Below are positions 49,701 to 61,700 of a stretch of 64,000 nt of DNA, one piece after another. The notes under the pieces were generated by a model, which saw only the letters and a list, made by a program, of their open reading frames with translations, was not told where the DNA came from and did no database searches. Each line of letters opens with the position of its first letter. The first letter of the stretch is position 1. Origin of the DNA: Phoronis australis (Eukaryota; Animalia; Phoronida). The stretch is taken from the NCBI GenBank assembly GCA_002633005.1, contig NMRA01000563.1:1-64000 (forward strand), in the 5' to 3' direction. The position numbers and the translations under genes were made by a program.

Positions 49701-52700
49701 TTTACATTTTGTTCATATTTTTGTTAGGGTGCGCTCTTTTTTGTTTCCAAATTTTTTGTTTTTACAATTGTATGTTTAATTCCTGTGACAGATTTCTGAT
49801 AAAGCATTTTTGAGTTGTGCAAGGTGTACCGTGCAAGGGCAAACAAATTCGCTTGTAATTTCAAATTTGGCTTGAATGTTAGTGTGTTCTTTAGTTTTTG
49901 CGGGATGACATGATCCGAGGTAATCTTTGTTCATTCTATTACTTCACCATTAATTTAAAGTGGCTATAAGCCAACTTAGACTATGAATTTTGTATAAAAC
50001 ATTCAAGAGTTTACCTTAAAAATTGGCATACGTTTTCAAAGGCCTAGGTGTTGTCTCTCCCTTCTTCCTCGGTGTAGGTGGCACTGCATGCCCACATACA
50101 GTGAATTGAACGGTCCATTTACACTATTTTCCATAAAAATTGGTCACAACTTCTTTCTCAGATGAAAAATAGTTTCTTGGTTTGTAGACAACTGTCAGTT
50201 ATTCCTTGAGACCATGCTGGCCACATAGAATGACACACCATGACAAGACAACTTGTAGAGCTTGGTATCAAGCAATGCTGGCCACATAGAATGACACACC
50301 ATGACAAGACAACTTGTAAAGCTTGGTATCAAGCAATGCTGGCCACATAGAATGACACACCATGACAAGACAACTTGTAAAGCTTGGTATCAAGCAATGC
50401 TGGCCACATAGAATGACACACCATGACAAGACAACTTGTAAAGCTTGGTATCAAGCAATGCTGGCCACATAGAATGACACACCATGACAAGACAACTTGT
50501 AAAGCTTGGTATCAAGCAATGCTGGCCACATAGAATGACACACCATGACAAGACAACTTGTAAAGCTTGGTATCAAGCAATGCTGGCCACATAGAATGAC
50601 ACACCATGACAAGACAACTTGTAGAGCTTGGTATCAAGCAATAACAAGTGTGTCAGTTTTTTGGGCCCCTCGTATCACCTCTAATTTAACTAAGTGGACC
50701 CCCTCGTATCACCTCTAATTTAACTAAGTGGACCCCCTCGTATCACCTCTAATTTAACTAAGTGGACCCCCTCGTATCACCTCTAATTTAACTAAGGAAC
50801 AATGGAGACCAATTGTGTGTCAATAAGTGGCCTAAATCAGCAGTTGTTTTTTTTTTGGATGGAAGACGGCCTTATGTTGGCTGCTTTAATCATTTTATTT
50901 TAACATTCAGTTTCAGAATCTTTTTTCTTATTTAGTCATATATGTTTCATTTGGTATTAAAAGTGTCATGATACTGTTTCCAATATTAAAAACTTTTCAA
51001 TTGATATTTTAGGTGGAAATCTCAACTCAGAAGGTATCCGGTCAGATCAGGTATGATGTCGTTTTTTTCCCATCTTCTAATGAGTTTTAAAGTTAAAATT
51101 AAAATATTCAACCATTTCATATGATCTTATGAGTTTGGCACTGGTCTGGTGCAACGTACGTTATTGAGCGTGTTAACCTACACAATGCAATCTTCTATGT
51201 ACAGTATTACGTGCTGTGGCTGAAAGTGATAGCAGTGGACGTTTTCTTAGTTTTTCTTTAGCCGTTGAGCACAGGTCACAAAATGAGTTGTCTTGAGTAA
51301 AGTCACTTTTTTGAAAAAGAAAGTCACCCTAGACTGCAAAAATGATTCAGGGATGATTTTTTACTGGTCTCTTGTCAAATCGTGTTGTTTCAAATCTTGC
51401 TTATACTTGCTGACATGCCTTTGGGCAGCTTTTCAAGATAACATAAGTCCACGGCTGAAATTGATGCATGTGGAAGTTTTTTTGGTTGGTGAACACAGAT
51501 CTTAAAATGAATCAGAGTTCAGACCAGAACCAACTGTGCTTTTTGGTCTAACCTTTACACAATGATCCAGCTGATGAATCTCACAGAAATGATATAGAAC
51601 GACTTGACGACTTGACGAAGTAATGAGAGTTTCTTGACAAAACTTAAATAGGCTGATTGACGTGAGACGTGTCACCATGTTTGATATTTATCAAGTATTT
51701 CCTTTTTGATGACTTTGATACTTTCTCGTTGCACACAGCCAAGGTGCATACAGCCACGGTGCGCACAGCCATGGTGCGCACAGCCACGGTACATACTAAG
51801 TGCTAAGATGCTAAGAGATATGGTTGGTCTATTTTAGGATGAAGAGCCACAGTGGAGGAGAGACAATGATGCTAAGTGAGTATCCTACTTCTCTAGCACT
51901 GTTTGTTTCTGTCTAGTGTGTTTATGCTCTAACTGTGTGTTATGTCTCTGTATGTTTCCCCAGACATGTTGACTGGCTGTGAACTGGCTGACCACAGATT
52001 GAACATTGTTGACTCTTCACTGAGGGTCTGTCGGCACTTCGTTCAAATATCCTGGGATCCACTTCAGTTTTCAGTGTTGCTAAAAGCACAATTCCCTTAA
52101 ATGAGGCAAAAACACAGCCTCCAGTTAACATCAACATAAATGTTGTAAACACTTTTTGTAATTTGTTTTCTGTTGTATCTCTTTGATACCCACATTTTGA
52201 TGATTTGTTTACTTGTCTGGAAAATGTGTTCCATGTAATAGTGAACCCGATAATTTTATGTACATCACAAGTAATTGGTCTTGAAAGAGTCCTCTGTTTT
52301 TTTAAGCAAGCAGGAAACATGAGATATGCCTACATGGTGGTCAGCCCCTTGAATTTGAATTTTGAAATGGAATTTACATGGACGCAGGTCTTTACAGCTG
52401 TATAACAGACAATAAATACACTTGCTAAAACTGGTTTTGTATTTGCTCTATTGAGTACCAAAGTTCACACTGTCTAATGATTCATCACAAGTTGGAGCTG
52501 TGAAACGGATAATGCATCCATCGGCGTTTTAAATAACAGTTTGATAGTATGGTCAGCATGTCTGGGAGGGTCGCTTCTGACAACTGTTGTCATGGTACTG
52601 ACTTAATTCCTGCTGGCAATAGCTCGCTAGATGATATCTCAAATTAATGACAGCATCAACTCATGTGAGATATAAGTGCTGTGCATTGACTTCTAAACCT

Positions 52701-55700
52701 ATTTTCCTTTCCATTAACCATTTTTTATTTGCTAATAAGTTGTAAACTCTTGGTTCTTGCGAACACTTCTATGTTGTCTATTGAATTTTTGAATGCTTTG
52801 TCACAATTGACCTATCATCAGGATTTTGAGTGACAGCTTAACTGACCAATCAAAATGCAGTGTTCTTGACACACCTTCGTTTCCAAGCCGCCATTTTACC
52901 CGACAAACAACACATTGTCTGGTAAAACTTATTTGTGAATTTCTCTAAAGCTGAAAATATTTCTTAACATGTCTGGAGGAATAGTTTCTCTGAATTTCAG
53001 AGAAACTATTCCTGTCTGAATATAAACTCGTAACGTTATCATTCTATTATTTGTCCATACTTTGGTGAAAGTGCGTACCATGCTTTGCTTAACAGTACTA
53101 TGCCTTGTGAATGCTTTAAAGTTGCAGTTTTTTTGAATGGGAGTGGTGGTGGCAATTAAAATGCTATTTATGAAATTAATGTTTTCAAGAATTTTTTTAA
53201 GTTGTAGTTAACATTTTCCTGTTAGTGTATGAAGAACAGGTACTGTTCATTGAAGAGTCAGAATGCTTACAAAGAATATTCTGAAAAAAAAGTTAACTAA
53301 AATGTTTGACGTTTTGTCATTCCTTTTGCTAAGATGCTGTAAGATCCGATGGGTTGTTAGGGGGAGGACTACCAGTATGGGCTGTAGTGGTGTTACTCTG
53401 GCATGCCTGGTGTGAAATAAAAATAAAATAAACATGACTTTCGCGATGTTGTTATTCCTTTGAATTGTGTTTGACTGACACTGGGTCCTAAAGCACTCAG
53501 ACAAAAATTCACCATTTTTCAAAATTGTGTCTAGTAGGCAGTATTGACCAGCTTTCGAGACGGCAAATTATGCCTCACTCTGATTAAAACATCAAAGTCA
53601 TGTTGTTGTAACTACCCTTTGCACATAAAAGGACACCTTAGGAGGCCATCGATGTATTTAATTCCTTCCACCTCGAACAAATACTCAAGCAATCAAACTT
53701 TTTCTTCAAGCAGTCCTTCAGTGTAAGGCATATGGTAAAAATTCCCAAATTTAGGGCAGCGAAAAAAAATAACTATTTTGAGCCTGTCTGAAATTTTAAA
53801 AATTGGCAATATTGGCCGTCCGCAATTCGAGAAATATGAGAAAGATGGCAAAATCGATGGTGTCCGAAATCTTAGAATTTATGCTGTTGGGTGCCGACAA
53901 TGTTTTGATTTGCGGTTTTAGATCGTTTGAACAGCCGCGCAGATTTGTAATTGTTATTGCTGACAAGAAATTCACAGGATGTCCTCAAAAACATAAACAG
54001 CAATGTTACTGACTCTGAACACAGTCGACTTACCAAACTTTGTGTAACATGCCTTGACTGATTGTTCGCAATATACATTCATTGGTGCTTAACGTCTTCA
54101 CAATAAACTATTTGCAAGCCAAACACAGACAACGGGACTGCAATATGTGTAACCCTGGTTTGTTTCTGGGGCAGAGCGTGCGACACACTCATACATACCT
54201 GGCACTCAAACAGACGAAAACGGCATTCCCACCAACGAGGTACAAATGAATGAGGTTCCCCCAGTCTTAGCTCGATTACGTATCCGGGCATTTATTTGAC
54301 AATTATAGAACTGTTGCTTCATGCAGTTGGGGTATATTCAATCAATATAAGTTTGCAATTGTTATTCCAAAACATAGCAATAGGCCAGATCACAATTTAA
54401 CGGAGGTAGAGCCTACGTAGTTCTAACCACAAAACATCACCACACGCAAGTGACTGTTCTAGTAGCCAGCTACAAGGGCGTTAGCTTCTTCGACGCTAAT
54501 TAGGCCTATGCTTTAATATAAAAGTGGTTCGTTCCGATAATCTCGGCCCTTGCATTCGTGGTTGTTGTAATTTTATGTGTCCTATGTTCTCTCCGGCATG
54601 ATAGCAGGTTCATTTTACAAATCACATTCCATGGGTCAAAGGACCCATGAAAGGGAAGGGACTGGAGACGGTTGGAAATGGAGCAACTTTTACTGAAGAT
54701 TAATAGGTTCATACTCTGTTTTAGGTGGCTTCTAAGTTCTTAACCTTGAGGTGCGAGTGTGTAGAATACAAAATAGGCTAGTAAACAGAATGTCAGTAGG
54801 GAGACATAAAGATATATTTACATGAAAATTTTTAATGTATACTGCACGACAAACTAGGACATGGATTTTTGCTTTTCATAAAGTCTGTTTTAACACTAAA
54901 CAACATTGTTTTGTCAATTCGGGTGCATGGCATAACGAAGGTCGGAGTGTTGAGAGGAAGGTAAGTGAGCCGCTGATTCACAGAAAAAAAATTGAAGTCA
55001 TGAACCCGGTATTCAACTTGGAAACACAAAGGTCTCATCTCCGGCACTTATTAATTAGCTGTTAATCCAAATACAACGTGCCACTGTGGCGATTACATGA
55101 AATTCGGAGAACATAATTTCATTTGTATAGTGAAACTGCGATCAAGCGTGGCAAATATTTTGAGTTCATGATTATGACTGCCAAGAAAACGTGCGAGATA
55201 TACCCAAACCATCTACATCAATACAATAACTTAAGACCACGACACCAGTCAATTCATTACACCGATGGCTGTTTTGAACGATGTGTAAATAATCACTGTT
55301 ATTTGATGAACTTCCAGATTTACATTCATCATGCAAAAAAGCGCACTGTCCGAAATGTGAGAATTACTACCAATGCCGCTAAAATTGATGTGTCTGAAAT
55401 TTGAGAAATATGGTGAATGCCAAATTTGACCGTGTCCCAAATTTCAGAATAAAAAATTCAGTTCGGGGTTGGATTTAGGTGTCCAAAATTCGAGAGGCTG
55501 TCCTAAATTCTGTAATTTTCAGCGTAATTTACCGAAAAGCTCCCAGCATATGAAGCGCCTATAGGAGCTTCACCTTCTCGAAGGATGGTCGACACAGTGG
55601 TTACTGTCTATTTGTCTAGTTTCTTCTTTCAACTGATTGACGAACAACATATAAGGAATAACACAATTAGTGTTCACCTTCTAAGCTTCCTTTTCCAAAC

Positions 55701-58700
55701 TATCTAAGCTGGTTGCTCTCTTTAAATATTCTGTCTTATGGCCTAGTCTTAATAGTTCATGCACAAGATTTTTGAACAGCACATAGTATTGGACACCATG
55801 TTTTGAAAGGGGGAACAAATTGCAGGCACCAAGATATTAGTTGTTGGCGCCACAAGTTATGTGATGGGTAAAAAGCGGATTTCAAGACTTGGTATTTTGC
55901 ATTTTTTGTGCAAGCCATGTTAAAACTCCACATGGGGAGAGGTGCAAAATACAAGGCAGTGACCTCCATACTGGCTAGACTCTCTTGCTGTTGTTAATAA
56001 TTACATGAATGTTGTGTAGTGCTCATTATTAGTTCCACGTAGCTGTTACGTATTATCATTATTATTTCTGTGAGTGTCACTTTCTTTCCCCACCAGGACT
56101 CTCCTCCAATCTGTTAATGACGAATTACTCCAAAGGTAACCATTCACGTTCACGTTCCTTACCTCGTAATCTCTATCCGTGATTTTCTCGGTTTCTGTGA
56201 TCACACGCTGATAACTAAACACGTCGAGTGCGGCAAACGAAACTGAGAGTTACTTCTCCATATGCTCTGAAGTCAAAACCTTGTTAGTTGTATCTTGCCT
56301 CTAGTTCAGTAGTTGTAGTTAGTAATACTTGTACAACAGCTTTCTTGCCTTAATGAGCTATTTACTAATCCTAACCATTTCAAGGCTTTTGTGTGTGCCT
56401 TTTTATGACCACCTTATTTTCTGCTAATAAACAGTTTTAAAATGTGTCGTTCAGCTCGTGAAATGACATCCAATTTTCAACTTTGTTTTAAAGGATGCTG
56501 TTGTTCCCCTTGAAAAATCTTATAATAAATCATGTTAATCATTATTTAGAATGAGCTATACTTGTTTTACGAAGAACAATATGTTTTCAAGACATTCTCT
56601 TGAAATAGTTGAACAGTGTTTAATTATCAGAGGATTTGTGAAACCTTTAACTATTGAGATTTGTGGGAATGTACTTGGTATATTAGAGTTGACAGTAATA
56701 CTGGCATTTTCCTATCCACTGTAGGGGCCACAGGGATAGCCTGTGTGATCTGGACGTGGATGTCTACCGGTATTCTGAACAGTAAGCTGTGTGTGCTACC
56801 TACTGTGTAGAGCAAGTCTGTACTGTCCTGTGATTGGCTGATGAGATGTGCCCCCACAGTGCATGGATCACGTGTCATTGGCTCTGATCATGATGGAGTC
56901 GTTTTTGATTGGTCAATAATGTTGTTTTACATGACTTGAGTTCAACAGGTCATCTTTTTTAAATAGTGCACTTTGTCTGAACTCAGTTGGAAAATGACAC
57001 CAGTGATATGTGCATTATATTTTTCAATGTGACATCAAAACTTTAAGAACAATTAAATGGAGATTTGTTTGCCATAAAAATTGTCATATTTGAAGTTTAA
57101 GTTAAAAGATATTTACTGAGATAAAAGTATTTAGTATGCAGCAGTGCAATGGAACAGTGTTGTAAAATTTGGAGTCTTTGGAAGTTCAAGGGACTTCACA
57201 GTTTTTGTTGCTATTTTTACAGTAACTATTTCTCAATTGCATAGCAGTGGTAAAAGTATTAAAGCAGGATCCGTTCAAAAACTGTCGAGTGTCTTACAAG
57301 GTTTGGGCAGCTGCTGTAGTTATTTAAGTTATTATCAACATTATGACTACACTAGCTTCACCCATGACATTGCCTGCTATGTTGTCGAGTTGACTTATTT
57401 AAAGTTACACCTGAGTGTTGCCACTAGTTATAAATGTGTTGAGCATCCACAGTAAGCATGTTAACTCCATAGTAACCGAACTGGTGATTGCATGCCATCT
57501 ATGCACAGGAACATGTCTTCAGTTCATGCCTGGCATGCTCTAAGTAATCTTGTTTTTTTAATGTGACCATTGTTTATTAGCATAAAGAATTTGGCAGTGA
57601 GACAGCTCCCTTTCTTCTTATCGCCTTTGTGCTTGATGTGGGTGAATTTTGTTGCTTTTTGTTCATTGTTGCCACTTTTGTTGTGCCTGTTCTTCACAGA
57701 GGCTTTGCCAACGGTCATAATCATTTTTCTTCTCATAGCATCAGATAAAGTAATGGCAAAAAGGGTGGAAAATGATACTAAAACAGGGAATCAGTTGAGT
57801 TCTAAATTTGCTGATCACAAAAAAATAATGTTTCTGCCGGTGTTGTGACTCGTGCTTCATTAATCAAGTGACTTTATTTTCGACATGTCTATGAGATTGC
57901 TGCTATATTTTTTAAATCAATCTAAAGGTGTTAACTTGCCTTTTTTTCTTACTTCTCATCATTATTAATAATGCTCCACATCCTGAACTCCTTTTTGCAG
58001 ATGTAGAAAAACACTTTGTATGAATGACCTATTTTTCGTTAAGTTAGGTTGCTAAATGTTTTACAGTTGAGATGTTCAAGAAAATAATGCCTCAGTCAGC
58101 TTGGTGTTTCAACTGTAACAGTTTGTAAAACAGTGAAACTTTACTGTAATTTGAGCTAAATGGGAAAAATAAGTTTGTTGTAAAACAGTGATGACATGGC
58201 AAGGGTCCACCACCGTGTCCCTCTCAGGGTGTGACTACCACTGTGTCCCTCTCAGGGTGTCACTACCACTGTGTCCCTCTCAGGGTGTCACTACCACTGT
58301 GTCCCTCTCAGGGTGTGACTTCCTAGGTGATAGGAAGAGACCATTTTCTTTCTTCGATACATTTTGACATTTATTTACTAGTGCTAAGTGATTGCATAGT
58401 GCACTACTTCACTTCTGATGTTATGTCTTACACTGCATCTCTTGCACTCTGCCTTCGACAATGGACAGTAAGGCAATTCTTCAGCTATTTCACACAAAAA
58501 TAATACCCTAAATTGTCATTTTTCAAATTCTTAATGGCTGATTACTTTGCTGCAAATGATGAGAACATATTAACCAAATGTTGTTTTATGACATCTATAC
58601 GGTACAAACAAGCTAAACACTGTTGTTTATGACATCTACACAGTACAAACCAGCTAAACACTGTTGTTTATGACATCTACACAGTACAAAGCAGCCAAAC

Positions 58701-61700
58701 ATTGTTGTTTTATGACATCTGCACAGTACAAATCAGCCAAACATTGTTGTTTTATGACATCTACACAGTACAAACCAGCTAAACAGTGTTGTTATGACAT
58801 CTACACAGTACAGACCAGCCAAACACTGTTGTTTTATGACATCTACACAGTACAAACCAGCCAAACACTGTTGTTTATGACATCTGCACAATACAAACCA
58901 GCTAAACACTGTTGTTTTATGGCGTCTGCACAGTACAAACCAGCTAAACATTTGTTTTATGACATCTACGCAGAACAAACCAGCTAAACACTGTTGTTTT
59001 ATGACATCTACACTGGACAAACCAGCTAAACACTGTTGTTTTATGACGTCTGCACAGTACAAACCAGCTAAACACTTGTTTTATGACATCTACAAAGTAT
59101 AGAACCAGCCAAACACTTAGTAACAAATACTTTCTTAATCTTTTTTGTAACAAAAATTGATGAAATGAAATTTCACTTGCCTGCCATACTTTGTGTTAAA
59201 TAGGTGAAGAACTACCATATTATTATGTATCCAGCTCGAGTACTTGATGCACTTATGAAACAAAAACACTGTCTTGTGGAAACTCTGTGTGACGTCAACA
59301 TTGTGATAATGCAGTAAGTTTTCTGGGTTGTTTTTGTTTCATAATTTGCACGTCCTGTCTGTTATCGAGTTTTCAAAAGTAATTTTCCCAGACATTTCAC
59401 TTTCGATGTCCTCTTGTTTCAGAGAGACTCTTCCTCTAAGTGATGTTCCACCCATACCTCCTAAGGTAAGGCAGTGCTATTCATCAATTTTCATAGAGAA
59501 TTTCAACTTAGTGGCCAACGTTTGCTAATTATATGAATGGTTTTGAGAATCATGTTGAATTGTTTGGTAATTACTTGAATGGTTTGTGAGAATCCTGTTG
59601 GATTGTTTGGCTCATTTAAAATTCCAGTAAGCCTGCCATCCGTCAAAGTAGCTTAACTTTGATTTAGACCCTGTTACTCCTCAAAACTCATATTAACTCG
59701 CTCCATATTCATAGGAGAAGTTGTTTGAAAAAATTCTGTTTGTCTTTGCTCAAAACCTACTCTATGTAAATGACTTTTGAGCAATCATTTGTCTATTTGG
59801 GATCTCCACTTTGGGCTCTTTTTTTGGTCAAACAGAAAGCTATACGAATAGTTTTTTAATTTCCTACAAAAAACAGTAAAGTGTAATGGAATTGAAGTGA
59901 CGCTTCATCAGAACGGTACGAACCCTTCCCGTGCTGGATTGCTTTTACATTTGAGTTGTTGTGTTGTGTGGGATTTTTAAGCACCATCTGTGTTTGTTTG
60001 TTTGTACATCACCTAGTAAATGTCCTGGTTTTGCATCAGTTGTAGTTTGAAACACTGATGGTTTTAAAAAGCAATCATTTTTTAATCAACGAAATGAAAT
60101 TATTGGTTTATTTCATGGTATTGTGGCAAAGAGAAAGAGACCTTCTTATGTCTCATATCTTTATGTAACCCATTTTTGATCAATTTTAGGCAATTTTCCT
60201 CATTGACGATCGATAGGTTTTCTCATCAGTGTCCTACTTTTCCCATTATGGCTGTTCGTTTCCTCGTAAACCATATTCTTCCAAGCATCAAATTATGATT
60301 GCTCATGAGAAATGAATGTAGTTTCCAATAAAAGAATGCTAGAAGAACAGAATTGCTACTTTTGAAAGGAGATGAGAATCTTCGAGAAAAGAGGTAAGAA
60401 TTAGAAAAGAGGTATGTTATTGAGAAAAGTACGTCATTGTTGAGAATGCCCGTGTGTAGGAAGATTGTCCAACCTGCTCAAGTCCATACATTCCACTATT
60501 CACATTTAGCACTTTTCATTGACTCTCTAGCCTGACTATGGTTCTGCAAATTCCCGTGAGGGCTCCAGCGATGAAGATAATCAAGATATGCCGGTTGGTG
60601 TGGACTACATGGCGACACTGAGGCCTGGGGAGGAGCCACCAGTCGAGGAGTCAGCCTTCGATGAAGACGGGACACCCCCCGCACTGCCTCCTAAACAGAG
60701 ACAGGTAATTTATTATAATTGCATATGCTGAGTATGCCCAATTTCAGTTGTGGTAAATCTACCTCAATTTTGAACAAACACTATTGCCAAAATTCTAATT
60801 TTGTACGTTTTGGTGTCTTTCATCATTCCTACAAACTTTCTAAATTTTACTGTTGGCATTATTTTAGGATTGCTGTACAGAACAAGCCCTACGTGGAATG
60901 GAATGAAATTTTCTTTTAGTTTACTTTGGTATGATATTCTGTGAATAATTACAATCAGTCATTTCAGAGATATAGTGTTTTTATTGTAGGTAACTGAATA
61001 AACTTTGACATGTTTGTAGGGTTAATCATAACAGTTATACAGTTCTGTTTCTGTGTGGTATTGAAACTGTTTCTCTGTGTTTCACTGATCCTAGGGTATC
61101 ATTTGTCAAGAGCAAATATGAGATCATGCACGGTGTAATTACCACATGTTACCTTATGTCATGATGAAACTGAATTTTCACTTTCTCATATTGCTATTGT
61201 TTCATTATGGATAGATTCTGCGGTCAGGTTCAAAACACATTGTGTAAAATCAAATAATATATTGAATATGAGCGTAACAATTTTTCAACTGTACCTGCTA
61301 GAATTGTAAGATATTGTCTCCCACGCGGATAATCCAGTTCAATAGTAAATTAGCCCCATTCTTCACACTGCACTCATTTAAAAACATATACATGTGAGTT
61401 GAACTACACAGACCGCTGAAGGCTGCAATTGATCTATCCCCGGCTAGTTCCTTATTTGTCTTGCTAGGAAGTTAGTGGTGCTTTCGTGGAGAATTGAGAG
61501 AAGAAATTTTAGAAGAAAATCTACTGAGCGTCTTAAAAACAATGGAAGATGAATGAAACAAAGAAGAAAGGAGTTTGATTTTTGTCACATCATCAAGATG
61601 TGTTAAATGATAATGTAATTCTTCTTACAGCCGAATGGCGACTCCAGCACACTTAAGTCGGATGAGGCAGCTCCCCAAGTGCCCCCTAGGAGGGACCGCA

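Noticed and set aside
50214-50796. CRISPR-like appearance of regular repeats (also 39988-40213, 58572-59117, 63584-63760)
   Set aside because: Units are contiguous with no unique spacers, there are no cas genes, and the context is eukaryotic introns
57740-57800. Candidate extra MAP4K exon after a strong pyrimidine tract and AG
   Set aside because: No convincing donor or homology; exons 10 and 11 already join in phase
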